From the NCBI GenBank assembly GCA_964457455.1, contig CAYWJN010000004.1, positions 1 through 58,945 on the forward strand: DNA of 58,945 bases, given 5' to 3'. Position numbers and translations under genes: made by a program. The notes beneath the pieces were generated by a model that worked only from the letters and a program-made list of their open reading frames with translations, was not told where the DNA came from and did no database searches. Source of the DNA: an uncultured Candidatus Cloacimonadota bacterium. GTDB taxonomy: Bacteria > Cloacimonadota > Cloacimonadia > Cloacimonadales > TCS61. Shown here in pieces: positions 1-9,830 of the stretch. The number at the start of each line of letters is the position of its first letter. Positions within the stretch are counted from its first letter, which is position 1.

Positions 1-281
1 AATTAAAATGCCCTGTTTATGCATATTTGCTTCGGGTTAGGTGTCAAAGGTAGGAATAAAGATGAACAAAAGATTTTTCTGAAGAATTACGAACTGGATT
101 TTTCTGAAAAGCTATTAAATAAATTAATAAAATATCGAAATCAGCGAAGAAGATTTATCAAGGTTAAGAAAGGATATAAAAAACTTGTTAAGTTTTCAAA
201 ACTTCACAAGTTTTAAAATTTACAGGTTTGTACTCTTCCTGCAAAAAATATTCTTTTTTAGAAAAACTCTCCAAAAATTTC

Positions 282-335
282 AACCGTTGAAAAGGTTCAG
301 CAGGAAGAAAAAGCTCTTAAACCTTTTCAAGGTTT
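282..335. repeat. Pair of 16-17 bp imperfect palindromes (REP-like, RACC-N8-GGTY family)
   Basis: aaccgttgaaaaggtt (282-297) and aaaccttttcaaggttt (319-335). The same motif recurs at 28813, 43333-43485 and 47511-47575. Confidence 0.6.
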
Positions 336-353
336 GGAAAGAAACTTAATAAC

Positions 354-383
354 TTGACTTTAGATGTTTCAATCTTTTCCTTG
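354..383 (+). promoter_or_regulatory. Putative promoter of the SNF2 gene
   Basis: TTGACT at 354-359, then 20 nt, then CTTG; 38 nt upstream of the ATG; GGAG RBS at 410-413. Confidence 0.4.
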
Positions 384-420
384 CAGAAATTGGTTTTTAC
401 AGATTTTCCTGGAGTAAAAA

Positions 421-3400
421 ATGGCAAAACTTTTTGGTGGAGAATATCATGAACATTCAAATTCGTGGTATTTTAAGAGTACGATAATTAACCTGAAAAA
501 AGATGATTTAACTTATAAAAAATATCTTGATGAAAATGAAAATGTAGTTTTTGATTTCACCTCTGAAAATCGTAAAATATTTTCCGCAAAAGTCGAAATT
601 GTCTATGATAAAAATAACAAAATAATTCTGAACCAGAAATGCTCTGAATGTTCTGAAGAATTTTGCAAACATTTTCTTTCTGTAATAAACTATTCCTACA
701 AATATCTGACTACAGATATTCTGGAAAAAAGCGTAATTCAAACCTATCAAACCAAACTGCTGGATTATAATGAATACTGGCAGCGAGTGGTTTTGAATGC
801 TAAAATCGAAGTAGCAAATATTTTTAACCAGGAAACAGATAAAATCAGGTTTTCCCTGAAAAGTTATCTCCCGATGAACATTCGTTTAATCTCTATTTTA
901 TTGGCACAAAAAAATTGTAAAGAGGAAGATATTCCTGAAATTCCAAAAGCAAAAAAACAGTTAAAAGCTCTGTCTGATGAAGAGATCAACCTGCTGATAC
1001 TTTTACAAAATAAAAAATGTGCTTTCAGCAGGAAAGGAGTTTTTTTCTCGATTTACAAAAATGATTTTATCCATTTTTTTCAGGTGCTAAAATCTTTACA
1101 GAATAAAATATACATCAAAGAAACAGGTGACAGATTTCTTTTTTCCTCTGAGGAATTTCGCATAAATTTCCAGGTAATAAGAGCTGTGGAAAATGACTTC
1201 ATCCTGAAAATTTCCAGAGGTGAGCAAATCTCTGCATTTTTTGTTGGAAAAACAACATATATTTTTAAGAAAAATGAGATATTTTCTATTAATTTGCCAT
1301 TTTCAAAAGATGTAACAACTAAACTTTTCCAGGGAAATTTCAAAGTAAAAAAAGAAGACCTTGTCTATTTAGCGTCTGTTGTGGCTCGTCAACTTGGATT
1401 AATCAAATGCTATCTGGATTTTGCCAGTGATATCACAATTCCCAAAGTTTATCATAATACTCCGATAATCACATTTGAACTGAAAAAAGAGAACAAGCAA
1501 ATAATTATGGATGGCATTTTAGATTATGAAAATGGCATAGAAATTCCCATGTCTTTGATTCGCTTTCCTGCTGAACTGGTTCGTTTTGATCAGGATGGAG
1601 AAGTTGCCTGGTTCTACATTCCACCTCAAACTAAATACCAGATTTTCAATTTTGTGCAAAGATTACCAGAATCTCAAACAAACAGGTTGGAAGAAAATTC
1701 TCAACTTGTTTTTGAAGGAGATGAAAACATCACGATCCTCAAGGAAACAATTTTTGAATTTACAGATCCTTCCTGGAACATCATTCTTTCTGAAGATTTG
1801 AAAAAGGAATTTGTTTATAAAGTCCATTTGGAACCGATGATCAAAGCAAAAGCTTCAGGGAAAATCGATTGGTTCGAATATGAAGTGAAATATCAATATA
1901 AAGATGTGGATTTCACTCATGAAGAACTGAGGAAATTCTTCACATCCAAAAAGAAGTTCATGAAATTGGATGATGGTAGAATGCTGTTTTTTGAAAATAA
2001 AGAATCCTTTCTGGAAGTGGAAAAATTATTGCAGAAAAGCGAGAAACTACCCTCTGAAGCTTACAAACTATCCGTTTATAATCTACCCTACATTTACCAG
2101 CTTTCATCAATAAATAAAGCCATCAAAATATTTGGTGATGATTTTCTGGAAGAGATGTTTTATGCGATATTAAAGAGGAAACTCTCCAAAGAACCACAAC
2201 TTGCAAGTTTTTTAAAACCCATTATGAGAAGCTATCAAAAAGCCGGTTATCAATGGCTGAAAATGCTGCAAAACTATCATCTTTCCGGTATCTTAGCAGA
2301 TGATATGGGACTGGGAAAAACGATTCAGGCAATTTCAGTTTTATCCGATTTACCTCAAAATGCAAAGTCAATTGTAATTTGTCCGAAAACACTTTTATTC
2401 AATTGGGCAGCAGAAATAGAAAAATTCAATAAAAATCTTACTTTTATAATTTATGAGGGTAATCAAAAGGAAAGAAAAAAAATATTGGAAAATCTCAATG
2501 TGAACATTCTTTTTACCTCTTATTCCATTATTCAGAATGATATAAAACAACTTTCCGAAATTGAGTTTGAGTTCATTATTCTTGATGAAGCTCAACATAT
2601 AAAAAATGCATCTGCTCTCCGCACGAAGGCTGTGAAAAAACTCCGTTCAAGAAATAAAATGGCTCTTTCCGGTACACCAATAGAAAATAGTCCCACAGAA
2701 CTTTGGTCTATATTTGATTTTCTGATGCCCGGTTATTTACCTCCTTTAAGGAGATTCAAAAATGAATTTTTGAACCAGGATGATGAAAAAAGAGCAGTTC
2801 AGGATAAATTGAAAATGCTCATTTCTCCTTTTATTTTAAGAAGGAAAAAAAGAGACGTTCTTATTGAACTTCCGGATAAACAGGTACAGATTGCCTATTG
2901 CAAAATGACGGAAATTCAGGAAAAGATGTATCTTCAGATTTTAGAGAATGTGAAACAAGGCCTGCTGCAACCAACAAATAGAGGATATTTTATTCATATT
3001 TTAGCAGCTCTAACCAGACTTCGTCAGATTTGTAATCATCCCATCCTGATCGATAAAAACGTGAAACCGAAATCTGAGTTTTCAGGAAAAATCGAACTGC
3101 TGCAGGAAATCATTTCCGATGCTTTGGAAAGCGGTAAGAAATTGCTTATTTTCAGTCAATTTGTGCAGATGTTGAAAGTATTGAAAGATCTTACGGAAAA
3201 GATGAAAATTCCGTATGAATATATGGATGGCTCTACAATAAACAGGCAAAAGCGGATAGATAATTTCAATAATAATAACAATATCCGAATTTTTCTGATC
3301 AGCTTCAAAACCGGTGGTTTTGGTCTAAATCTGATTGCTGCTGATACTGTGATTATCGTTGATCCCTGGTGGAATCCAATGGGTGAAGATCAGGCAATAG

Positions 3401-3591
3401 ATAGAGCACATCGGATCGGTCAGACCAAAAAAGTAAATGTTTATAAGATTATCACAAAAGGAACTATTGAAGAAAAAATCCTAACTTTGCAGCAGAGCAA
3501 AAGAGAAATGTTCGAACATATTATTGAAGATGGTCAGAATATCATCAAAAATATGAACTCTGAACAACTGCGGAAATTGCTGGAATATTAA
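421..3591 (+). CDS. SNF2-family (DEXH) helicase/ATPase with N-terminal SWIM-like Zn finger
   Basis: CSECSEEFCKH near the N-terminus, Walker A LADDMGLGKT, DEAQHIK, SGTPIEN, and motif VI DRAHRIGQ; 1056 aa. Confidence 0.95.
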   Translation: MAKLFGGEYHEHSNSWYFKSTIINLKKDDLTYKKYLDENENVVFDFTSENRKIFSAKVEIVYDKNNKIILNQKCSECSEEFCKHFLSVINYSYKYLTTDILEKSVIQTYQTKLLDYNEYWQRVVLNAKIEVANIFNQETDKIRFSLKSYLPMNIRLISILLAQKNCKEEDIPEIPKAKKQLKALSDEEINLLILLQNKKCAFSRKGVFFSIYKNDFIHFFQVLKSLQNKIYIKETGDRFLFSSEEFRINFQVIRAVENDFILKISRGEQISAFFVGKTTYIFKKNEIFSINLPFSKDVTTKLFQGNFKVKKEDLVYLASVVARQLGLIKCYLDFASDITIPKVYHNTPIITFELKKENKQIIMDGILDYENGIEIPMSLIRFPAELVRFDQDGEVAWFYIPPQTKYQIFNFVQRLPESQTNRLEENSQLVFEGDENITILKETIFEFTDPSWNIILSEDLKKEFVYKVHLEPMIKAKASGKIDWFEYEVKYQYKDVDFTHEELRKFFTSKKKFMKLDDGRMLFFENKESFLEVEKLLQKSEKLPSEAYKLSVYNLPYIYQLSSINKAIKIFGDDFLEEMFYAILKRKLSKEPQLASFLKPIMRSYQKAGYQWLKMLQNYHLSGILADDMGLGKTIQAISVLSDLPQNAKSIVICPKTLLFNWAAEIEKFNKNLTFIIYEGNQKERKKILENLNVNILFTSYSIIQNDIKQLSEIEFEFIILDEAQHIKNASALRTKAVKKLRSRNKMALSGTPIENSPTELWSIFDFLMPGYLPPLRRFKNEFLNQDDEKRAVQDKLKMLISPFILRRKKRDVLIELPDKQVQIAYCKMTEIQEKMYLQILENVKQGLLQPTNRGYFIHILAALTRLRQICNHPILIDKNVKPKSEFSGKIELLQEIISDALESGKKLLIFSQFVQMLKVLKDLTEKMKIPYEYMDGSTINRQKRIDNFNNNNNIRIFLISFKTGGFGLNLIAADTVIIVDPWWNPMGEDQAIDRAHRIGQTKKVNVYKIITKGTIEEKILTLQQSKREMFEHIIEDGQNIIKNMNSEQLRKLLEY

Positions 3592-3613
3592 CTTTTTCGA
3601 CCTCCAAAAAGGA

Positions 3614-3646
3614 AACTTAACTTAAGACGGAGTCTTAAGTTAAGTT
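3614..3646. terminator. Perfect 15-bp stem hairpin (terminator or REP-like)
   Basis: aacttaacttaagac-gga-gtcttaagttaagtt, 23 nt after the SNF2 stop; no long U-tract. Confidence 0.55.
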
Positions 3647-3731
3647 GGAATGTATTAAATGGATTAGAAAACTTAAGTCTTCATAGTTTACGAACAGACA
3701 TTAAATAGGAAAAGTTAGAGGGTTGAGAATT

Positions 3732-4331
3732 ATGAATTATTTCTATTCAGTTGAAAAAGACAGAAAAGTTGAAACAAAAATAAAGCGTTCCATTTTCATT
3801 GCTCATCTGCATTATGCTCAAACAATGAAGGAAGCCAAAGAGTTTATTTCTCAAGTTTCAGCAGAGCATAAAACTGCAAATCACAATTGCTGGGCATATA
3901 TTATTGGTGAAAAAGGTGAAACTTCTCACAGCTCCGATGCAGGCGAACCTTCCGGTACAGCAGGCAAACCAATTCTCAATGCTTTAAAAAAGGATAAAAT
4001 GACAAACATTGTGGCTGTTGTTACTCGCTATTTTGGTGGAGTTACGCTTGGTATTCGCGGATTAATAGAAGCTTACGGGGTAAGTGTGGAAGCAGCAATA
4101 GAGCAGTCTCCTTTAAAAAAACTGCTGAACCTAATTGTTTTTCATCTCAGCACTTCTTATGATTTTGCAGATAAAATAAAGTATAATATTATGAATTTTA
4201 ACGCACAAATTTCTGATATTAATTACTCAGAAAAAGTTGAATTTCATATTACGATTGAAGAACATAAAAAGAAAGAATTGGGAAATTACCTGATTGAACT
4301 GGAAAAAGCAGGAAAAATTTCTATAAATTAA
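3732..4331 (+). CDS. yigZ: YigZ/IMPACT family protein
   Basis: IKRSIFIA, HKTANHNCWAY, SDAGEPSGTAGKP, VVTRYFGG.LGIRGL. ATG 3732 preferred over TTG 3723. Its stop overlaps the convergent queE stop. Confidence 0.92.
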   Translation: MNYFYSVEKDRKVETKIKRSIFIAHLHYAQTMKEAKEFISQVSAEHKTANHNCWAYIIGEKGETSHSSDAGEPSGTAGKPILNALKKDKMTNIVAVVTRYFGGVTLGIRGLIEAYGVSVEAAIEQSPLKKLLNLIVFHLSTSYDFADKIKYNIMNFNAQISDINYSEKVEFHITIEEHKKKELGNYLIELEKAGKISIN

Positions 4332-4969
4332 ACTCCTGTTTTATCTTTTCCCCAGATATATTTTTGCATTTGCAATTGCATTCGAACTTTGAGCTTATCT
4401 TCCAAAATCCATTCAGCAAGCATTTTAGAATCTAATTTTTCAAAAACAGCAGAAAAAATTATTTTGTAGTTTTCCAGTTTGAACTTTTTAATAAAATCTT
4501 TTGCCCAATCAAAATCATTTCTATCTGAAAGAACAAATTTTATTTCATCTTTTTTTGAATCTATGTACTTTAGATTTTCCTTCAGGAAACTATCTTCATA
4601 ACCACTTTCCGGACATTTAACATCTACAATTTTAATCACGTATTGTGGAATATGTTTCATTGAAATCGAACCATTTGTTTCCAATAAAATATTAAAATTA
4701 TCTTTATGAAGAGATTCAATTAAATCGTAAATTTCATTTTGAAGAAGCGGTTCACCACCAGTTATTTCAACTAACTTCACAGGATAATATTTTTTGATTT
4801 TCTGCAGAATTTCTTGGGTTTCTAAGGAAAATTTTGTATCATAACTGAATTTTGTATCGCAGTATATACAGCGCAGATTACAACCTGCAAGACGAATGAA
4901 AATGCAGGGCAATCCAGCAAAGGTAGATTCACCTTGAATACTGAAAAAAATCTCCGAAAGGTTTAACAT
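4328..4969 (-). CDS. queE: 7-carboxy-7-deazaguanine synthase (radical SAM)
   Basis: EIFFSIQGES, FIRLAGCNLRCIYCDT (CxxxCxxC), ITGGEPLLQ, LETNGS, C-terminal QLQMQKYIW. ATG 4969 preferred over 4996. Confidence 0.9.
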   Translation of the reverse strand: MLNLSEIFFSIQGESTFAGLPCIFIRLAGCNLRCIYCDTKFSYDTKFSLETQEILQKIKKYYPVKLVEITGGEPLLQNEIYDLIESLHKDNFNILLETNGSISMKHIPQYVIKIVDVKCPESGYEDSFLKENLKYIDSKKDEIKFVLSDRNDFDWAKDFIKKFKLENYKIIFSAVFEKLDSKMLAEWILEDKLKVRMQLQMQKYIWGKDKTGV

Positions 4970-5020
4970 TTTAATTTGTTTACCACTAAGACACAAAGCA
5001 ATTACAAATTTTTCTTTTTC

Positions 5021-5060
5021 TATCTGTGTTTATCTGCAATATCCGTGTTATCCGTGTTCT
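5021..5060. repeat. Short tandem (t)atccgtg-type intergenic repeats
   Basis: tatctgtgtttatctgcaatatccgtgttatccgtgttct; related arrays at 31241, 31407, 41964 and 43528. Confidence 0.55.
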
Positions 5061-5076
5061 ATTTTTAATCTCGAAG

Positions 5077-6285
5077 TTAAAACGGTAAATACGGAAAATC
5101 TTTATGATAACCCAACATTGCATCGATTTTTGCACAAATCTTTTCAGGATGACCGATCACGAATTTATCTTCATTTCCGATTTTAAAAAAGAAATAATTT
5201 TCAGGATTAACATCAAAATCATCTAAAAATTGGCGATTTCCATAAATGGGAATGCCGCGATGAATCAGAAGTTCGATGTCTTTTGTTTTCATATCCAAAA
5301 TGTTTTCAAATGGATCGTCTTGGATATTTTTAACAAGCATCAAATGAGAAATGTTTAATTCCAACTTCCCATAAGATTCCGGTAAAAAAAGTGCTTTTTG
5401 AGCATTTTCTGTAATCATTCTAAAGAGTTCTTTAGAAGAAAGAAAAGTATATTTATCAGCAGCGAATTTTATTTCAGCCAGCATATTTATGCTGCCGGAC
5501 ATAGTTGAATCTGTTCCCAGAACCAGGTTAACTCCATATTTTAAACAAGATTTAAGATCAATTGTTTTGCCAATAAGAAAAATATTCGAATCCGGGCAGC
5601 AGCAAATTGATACGCCTTTCTGAGCACATTTCTTAATTTCCTCTGGAGTTAAAGCAATTCCATGAATTATTAAGGTATTGGGTTGAAGCAGACCTAATTT
5701 TTCCAATTCACTAAAATCGGACTTCGCCAATTCATCCTTTCCTTCTGCCAGATGAAGAATAAAAGGCATTTTCCCTTTACTTTCTTTCCATTCTTCTTGA
5801 GCAGATTTTCCACCCCACCAATTGCCCATAGATATCGAGTGACATTGTTTATAATCTTTGATAACTTCGATTGGAAAATTTGCGTAATATTCATCCTTCT
5901 GATTGGGAGCGTGGTCCTGCACAACCGGGCAACCGGAAAAAATGTTTTTATAAATCCCTAATAAAGCAAGAAGCTCTCCATTCCCTTTGGTAAGATCAAA
6001 TGAGCCATTGTGAGTAAAAACCCTGTTTCTCTCTAAAAAAGATCCGGATTTTTTCATCTCTTCAACCCAGATATCAGTGGTTAGATATGGATGATTTTCA
6101 CCTGCTCTGGGTACCCAGTTTCCAATCAAATGTTCGTGGCTGTTTATAAAGGGTGGGTAAGCAATTTTATCGGAACAATCCCATTTTGTAGATTTTGCTT
6201 TTAAGATGGAACTATTAATTTTTACGGTAGTCTTCGAAGAAATTTTGTCTGCGTTATGAACGCAAGTTTTTACTGTTATTTCCAT
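5077..6285 (-). CDS. Metal-dependent amidohydrolase superfamily protein
   Basis: FINSHEHL (HxH), LHLAEG, IIHG and LGTDS metal-ligand motifs; substrate unknown. Confidence 0.85.
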   Translation of the reverse strand: MEITVKTCVHNADKISSKTTVKINSSILKAKSTKWDCSDKIAYPPFINSHEHLIGNWVPRAGENHPYLTTDIWVEEMKKSGSFLERNRVFTHNGSFDLTKGNGELLALLGIYKNIFSGCPVVQDHAPNQKDEYYANFPIEVIKDYKQCHSISMGNWWGGKSAQEEWKESKGKMPFILHLAEGKDELAKSDFSELEKLGLLQPNTLIIHGIALTPEEIKKCAQKGVSICCCPDSNIFLIGKTIDLKSCLKYGVNLVLGTDSTMSGSINMLAEIKFAADKYTFLSSKELFRMITENAQKALFLPESYGKLELNISHLMLVKNIQDDPFENILDMKTKDIELLIHRGIPIYGNRQFLDDFDVNPENYFFFKIGNEDKFVIGHPEKICAKIDAMLGYHKDFPYLPF

Positions 6286-6290
6286 ATTTC

Positions 6291-7472
6291 CTACTTTAAA
6301 AATTTTTTCTTTAATTGAGGAACGATTTCAAAAAGGTCACCTACAAGTCCGAGGTCTGCGATTTTAAAAATCGGAGCATCCGGATCTTTATTGATTGCAA
6401 TAATATAATCTGCAGACTGCATTCCAGCTAAATGCTGAATCGCACCGGAAATTCCAATGGCAATATAAACTTTTGGTTTGATCGTTTTTCCAGTTTGCCC
6501 AACCTGGTGAGAATAGGCAATCCACTCAGCATCTACAGCAGCTCTGGAAGCTCCAATTGCTGCATTAATAGTTTCTGCCAATTCCTTAATAAGTACAAAA
6601 TTTTCCTTCTTCTTTAAACCTCTTCCACCTGAAATCACAAAATCTGCTTCTGTTAAATTTACAGTTTGGGTTTCGTCTTTTACAAATCCAAGATATTTTG
6701 AATCGTCATTCAAGTTTGAAAAATCAATTTTTTCTTGGATTACTTCACCTTTCCTGGAATCATCTTTTTGTAGAGAATCCATAACCTTATGACGAACCGT
6801 AGACATCTGTGGACGATGATTCGGAGTAACAATTGTAGCCATAATGTTGCCACCGAAAGCCGGTCTTGTTTGAAGCAATCCTGCACTTTCTTTATCTATT
6901 TCCAAACCGGTACAATCAGCAGTAAGTCCGGTTTGCAGTTCGATGGCAACGCGAGGGATAAATGAGCGTCCCATTACGGAAGCACCGGAAAGGATAATTT
7001 CAGGTTTATATTTTTTGGCAAGTTCAGAGAGAGCTTTTGAATAGGGCAAATCGAGAAAATGCTCCAAAACAGGATCATCTACAAATATGACTTTGTCAGC
7101 CCCATAAGCGATTAAATCATTTGTAAGAATTGAAATTTTAGAGCCAAAAAGAACTGCAACTAATTCTGTTTTTCTCTGCTCTGCCAGTTCTCTTCCTTTG
7201 CCTAAAAGTTCAAAAACAACCGGAGCAATTTCTCCGTTTTTCTGTTCTGCAAATATCCAAACTCCATTATGCTGATCTTTATTCAAATTTTGCTGCTCAG
7301 ATTTTCTGATTATAATTGCATCAAAAGAACAGTCGCTTACACAAGCTCCGCAAAGAGTACATTTTTCCAAATCTATTTCTGCAATTCCATCCTTCATTAC
7401 AATTGCATCATAAGCACAAGATTTGATACACAATTCACAGCCAACACATTTATCGCGAATAACTTTAATCAT
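6291..7472 (-). CDS. etfA: Electron transfer flavoprotein alpha subunit with N-terminal 2x[4Fe-4S] ferredoxin domain
   Basis: CVGCELCIKSC and CTLCGACVSDC at the N-terminus; TGLTADCT, RPAFGGN, SGGRG, QVGQTGK, GISGAIQHLAGM. Confidence 0.93.
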   Translation of the reverse strand: MIKVIRDKCVGCELCIKSCAYDAIVMKDGIAEIDLEKCTLCGACVSDCSFDAIIIRKSEQQNLNKDQHNGVWIFAEQKNGEIAPVVFELLGKGRELAEQRKTELVAVLFGSKISILTNDLIAYGADKVIFVDDPVLEHFLDLPYSKALSELAKKYKPEIILSGASVMGRSFIPRVAIELQTGLTADCTGLEIDKESAGLLQTRPAFGGNIMATIVTPNHRPQMSTVRHKVMDSLQKDDSRKGEVIQEKIDFSNLNDDSKYLGFVKDETQTVNLTEADFVISGGRGLKKKENFVLIKELAETINAAIGASRAAVDAEWIAYSHQVGQTGKTIKPKVYIAIGISGAIQHLAGMQSADYIIAINKDPDAPIFKIADLGLVGDLFEIVPQLKKKFLK

Positions 7473-7666
7473 TCAATCTCTCCAAAATGGGATTAAATCA
7501 ATTTCGAAAATATCAATTTTGCGTCAAGAATAAAAATTTAAAAGAGAGTTCAAAATATGAGTTCACAATTTTGAAGTTCATTTTGAATCTCAATTAAAAA
7601 CTGCATATCAAATCATACTGATAAAAACTACTAATTCGTAGTTTTAACTGTTATTCCAAGAATAAG

Positions 7667-7696
7667 TTGACATTAAAAAGCGTGCTCTGGTTTTTG
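7667..7696 (+). promoter_or_regulatory. Putative lepA promoter
   Basis: TTGACA 7667-7672, then 20 nt, then TTTG; GGAGG RBS at 7707-7711. Confidence 0.45.
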
Positions 7697-7715
7697 ATTT
7701 TGCATTGGAGGTTTG

Positions 7716-9515
7716 ATGGATAAAGAATTGATCAGGAATTTCTGTATTATCGCTCATATAGATCATGGTAAATCTACACTTGCTGACAGGCTTTTGGAGG
7801 CAACTCATGTGATAGACAAGAATTCTCATGCCACACTTATCCTGGATGATATGGAACTGGAACGTGAACGTGGTATAACTATCAAATCTCATGCAATCAA
7901 AATGGAATACAATTATCAGAACAAAAAGTATATCTTAAACCTGATCGATACGCCGGGACATGTAGATTTTTCCTATGAAGTTTCGCGCAGTCTTGCTTCC
8001 TGTGATGGAGCGCTTCTTCTGGTAGATGCATCTCAGGGAATTGAAGCACAAACGATGAGTAACCTGTATCTCGCTATGGAAAATGATTTGGAAATAATTC
8101 CTGTGATTAATAAAATTGACCTGGAAAAAGCAGATGTAGAAGGAACCGAACACGACATAATTGAAAATATCGGTATTGGTTCCGAGAATATTTTTAAGAT
8201 CAGTGCAAAAGATGGAATCGGGATTGAAGAAATGCTGCAAGGTATTGTAAAAAATATTCCAGCTCCTACCGGCGATATCGATCTTCCTCCCAAAGCCCTG
8301 ATTTTTGATTCCTATTTTGATACGTATCGAGGTGTGATCGTTCTTATTCGGATGTTTGATGGAAGAATAAAAAAGGGTGAGACAATAAAATTCTTTTCGA
8401 CAAACAAAGAATTCTCAGTCGAAGAAATCGGTTATCTGGGTCTAAAAAAAGAGGAAACAAGCGAACTTACAGCAGGTGAAGTTGGATATATTATTGCCAA
8501 TATCAAGGAAGTTTCGAATGCCAGAGTTGGAGATACAATCACAATCCCCAAAAACGGATGTAAAGAAGCTTTACCCGGATTTGAAGAACCCAAACCAATG
8601 GTTTTCAGCGGGCTTTTTCCCTTGAATAAAGAAGACCATGAAAATCTGCGGGACAGTCTGGGAAAACTTAAGTTGAACGATGCTGCACTCACTTATGAAC
8701 CGGAAAGTTCATTAGCTTTAGGTTTCGGTTTTCGTTGTGGTTTCCTGGGAATGCTGCACCTGGAAATTGTGAAAGAAAGATTACTGCGTGAATATAATGT
8801 GCCCATTATCACCACTACTCCGAGTGTAAAATTTGTTATTAACCTCAATGATGGCAGTAAGAAAGTGATTTATAATCCTATTGATATGCCCAATCCGATA
8901 TATATCGAATCCATTGAAGAACCGGTGATGGATGTGGAGATCATAGTTCCTACTGCGTTTGTTGGTAATATTATGAAACTGGTTCAGGAACGGCGCGGAA
9001 TTCAGAAAGACATGCAGTACATAGACGAAAAACGTCTTTCCATTCATTATGAAATGCCGCTTATCGAAATCATCTTCGATTTTTATGATAAACTGAAATC
9101 CGTAAGCAAAGGTTATGCATCTCTGGATTATTCATTCAAAGAGAACCGGAAATCAAACGTAGTGAAAGTGGATATCCTAATAAACGGTGAAAGAGTGGAT
9201 GCAATGTCTTTTATCTGTCATGAGGATAAAGCATACCAGTGGGGAAAAAGTGTTTCGGAAAAATTGAAAGATGTAATCCCCAGACATCTTTTTAAAATAG
9301 CTCTTCAGGCAAGTATCGGTTCCAAGATAATTGCTCGAAGTACGATCAATGCTCTGCGAAAAAATGTGACTGCCAAATGCTACGGCGGTGATATTACCAG
9401 GAAAAAGAAACTCCTGGAAAGACAGAAAGAAGGCAAAAAACGCATGAAAGAGATCGGTTCTGTTTCTATTCCGCAGGAAGCTTTTCTGGAAGTGTTGAAA
9501 GCTGATAGAAGCTAA
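7716..9515 (+). CDS. lepA: Translation elongation factor 4 (LepA)
   Basis: IRNFCIIAHIDHGKSTLADR, ERERGITIK, DTPGHVDF, GFRCGFLGMLH, KCYGGDITRKKKLLERQKEGKKRMK. Confidence 0.99.
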   Translation: MDKELIRNFCIIAHIDHGKSTLADRLLEATHVIDKNSHATLILDDMELERERGITIKSHAIKMEYNYQNKKYILNLIDTPGHVDFSYEVSRSLASCDGALLLVDASQGIEAQTMSNLYLAMENDLEIIPVINKIDLEKADVEGTEHDIIENIGIGSENIFKISAKDGIGIEEMLQGIVKNIPAPTGDIDLPPKALIFDSYFDTYRGVIVLIRMFDGRIKKGETIKFFSTNKEFSVEEIGYLGLKKEETSELTAGEVGYIIANIKEVSNARVGDTITIPKNGCKEALPGFEEPKPMVFSGLFPLNKEDHENLRDSLGKLKLNDAALTYEPESSLALGFGFRCGFLGMLHLEIVKERLLREYNVPIITTTPSVKFVINLNDGSKKVIYNPIDMPNPIYIESIEEPVMDVEIIVPTAFVGNIMKLVQERRGIQKDMQYIDEKRLSIHYEMPLIEIIFDFYDKLKSVSKGYASLDYSFKENRKSNVVKVDILINGERVDAMSFICHEDKAYQWGKSVSEKLKDVIPRHLFKIALQASIGSKIIARSTINALRKNVTAKCYGGDITRKKKLLERQKEGKKRMKEIGSVSIPQEAFLEVLKADRS

Positions 9516-9553
9516 CGAAATTTAAAATTTAAAATGAAAAATTTAAAATGAAT

Positions 9554-9580
9554 TGTCATTCCCGCGAAAGCGGGAATCTA
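9554..9580 (+). repeat. GTCAT-tagged palindromic REP element
   Basis: tgtcattcccgcgaaagcgggaatcta (ttcccgc-gaaa-gcgggaa hairpin); reverse-strand relative at 22491-22515. Confidence 0.7.
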
Positions 9581-9592
9581 TTTAACTCGTTA

Positions 9593-9697
9593 CTAATTAT
9601 TTACTTCGGCTTTTTGATTGCCTTTGGTGATTTGATGGTTGTACATAAAAAAGCAATTGTTCTCTGATAAGCTTGTTAGCTTATTATTATTTCTCAT
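9593..9697 (-). CDS. Possible 34-aa small ORF or gene remnant
   Basis: MRNNNKLTSLSENNCFFMYNHQITKGNQKAEVNN*, preceded by a strong AGGAGG RBS; below the ORF-track cutoff. Confidence 0.3.
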   Translation of the reverse strand: MRNNNKLTSLSENNCFFMYNHQITKGNQKAEVNN

Positions 9698-9713
9698 CTT
9701 TTAACCTCCTGCG

Positions 9714-9766
9714 TGTCAACATATAGATTGACAGAAATAGTTGGATCGTCAATACATATATTGACA
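9714..9766. promoter_or_regulatory. Two tandem 20-bp palindromic operator-like sites (GTCAA-N8-TTGAC)
   Basis: tgtcaa-catataga-ttgaca (9714-9733) and cgtcaa-tacatata-ttgaca (9747-9766), 33 bp apart. Confidence 0.55.
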
Positions 9767-9830
9767 CATGGTGTCGTTCTTTCAGCATATATGTTTACGA
9801 AACAGCAATTAGGAACAAGTGGAAAAAAAA

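Noticed and set aside
19-216. 65-aa ORF at the window start
   Set aside because: No RBS or recognisable motif, Lys-rich low complexity, and its 3' end is made of aaaactt...aagtttt palindromes. It could be a gene remnant but is not supportable.
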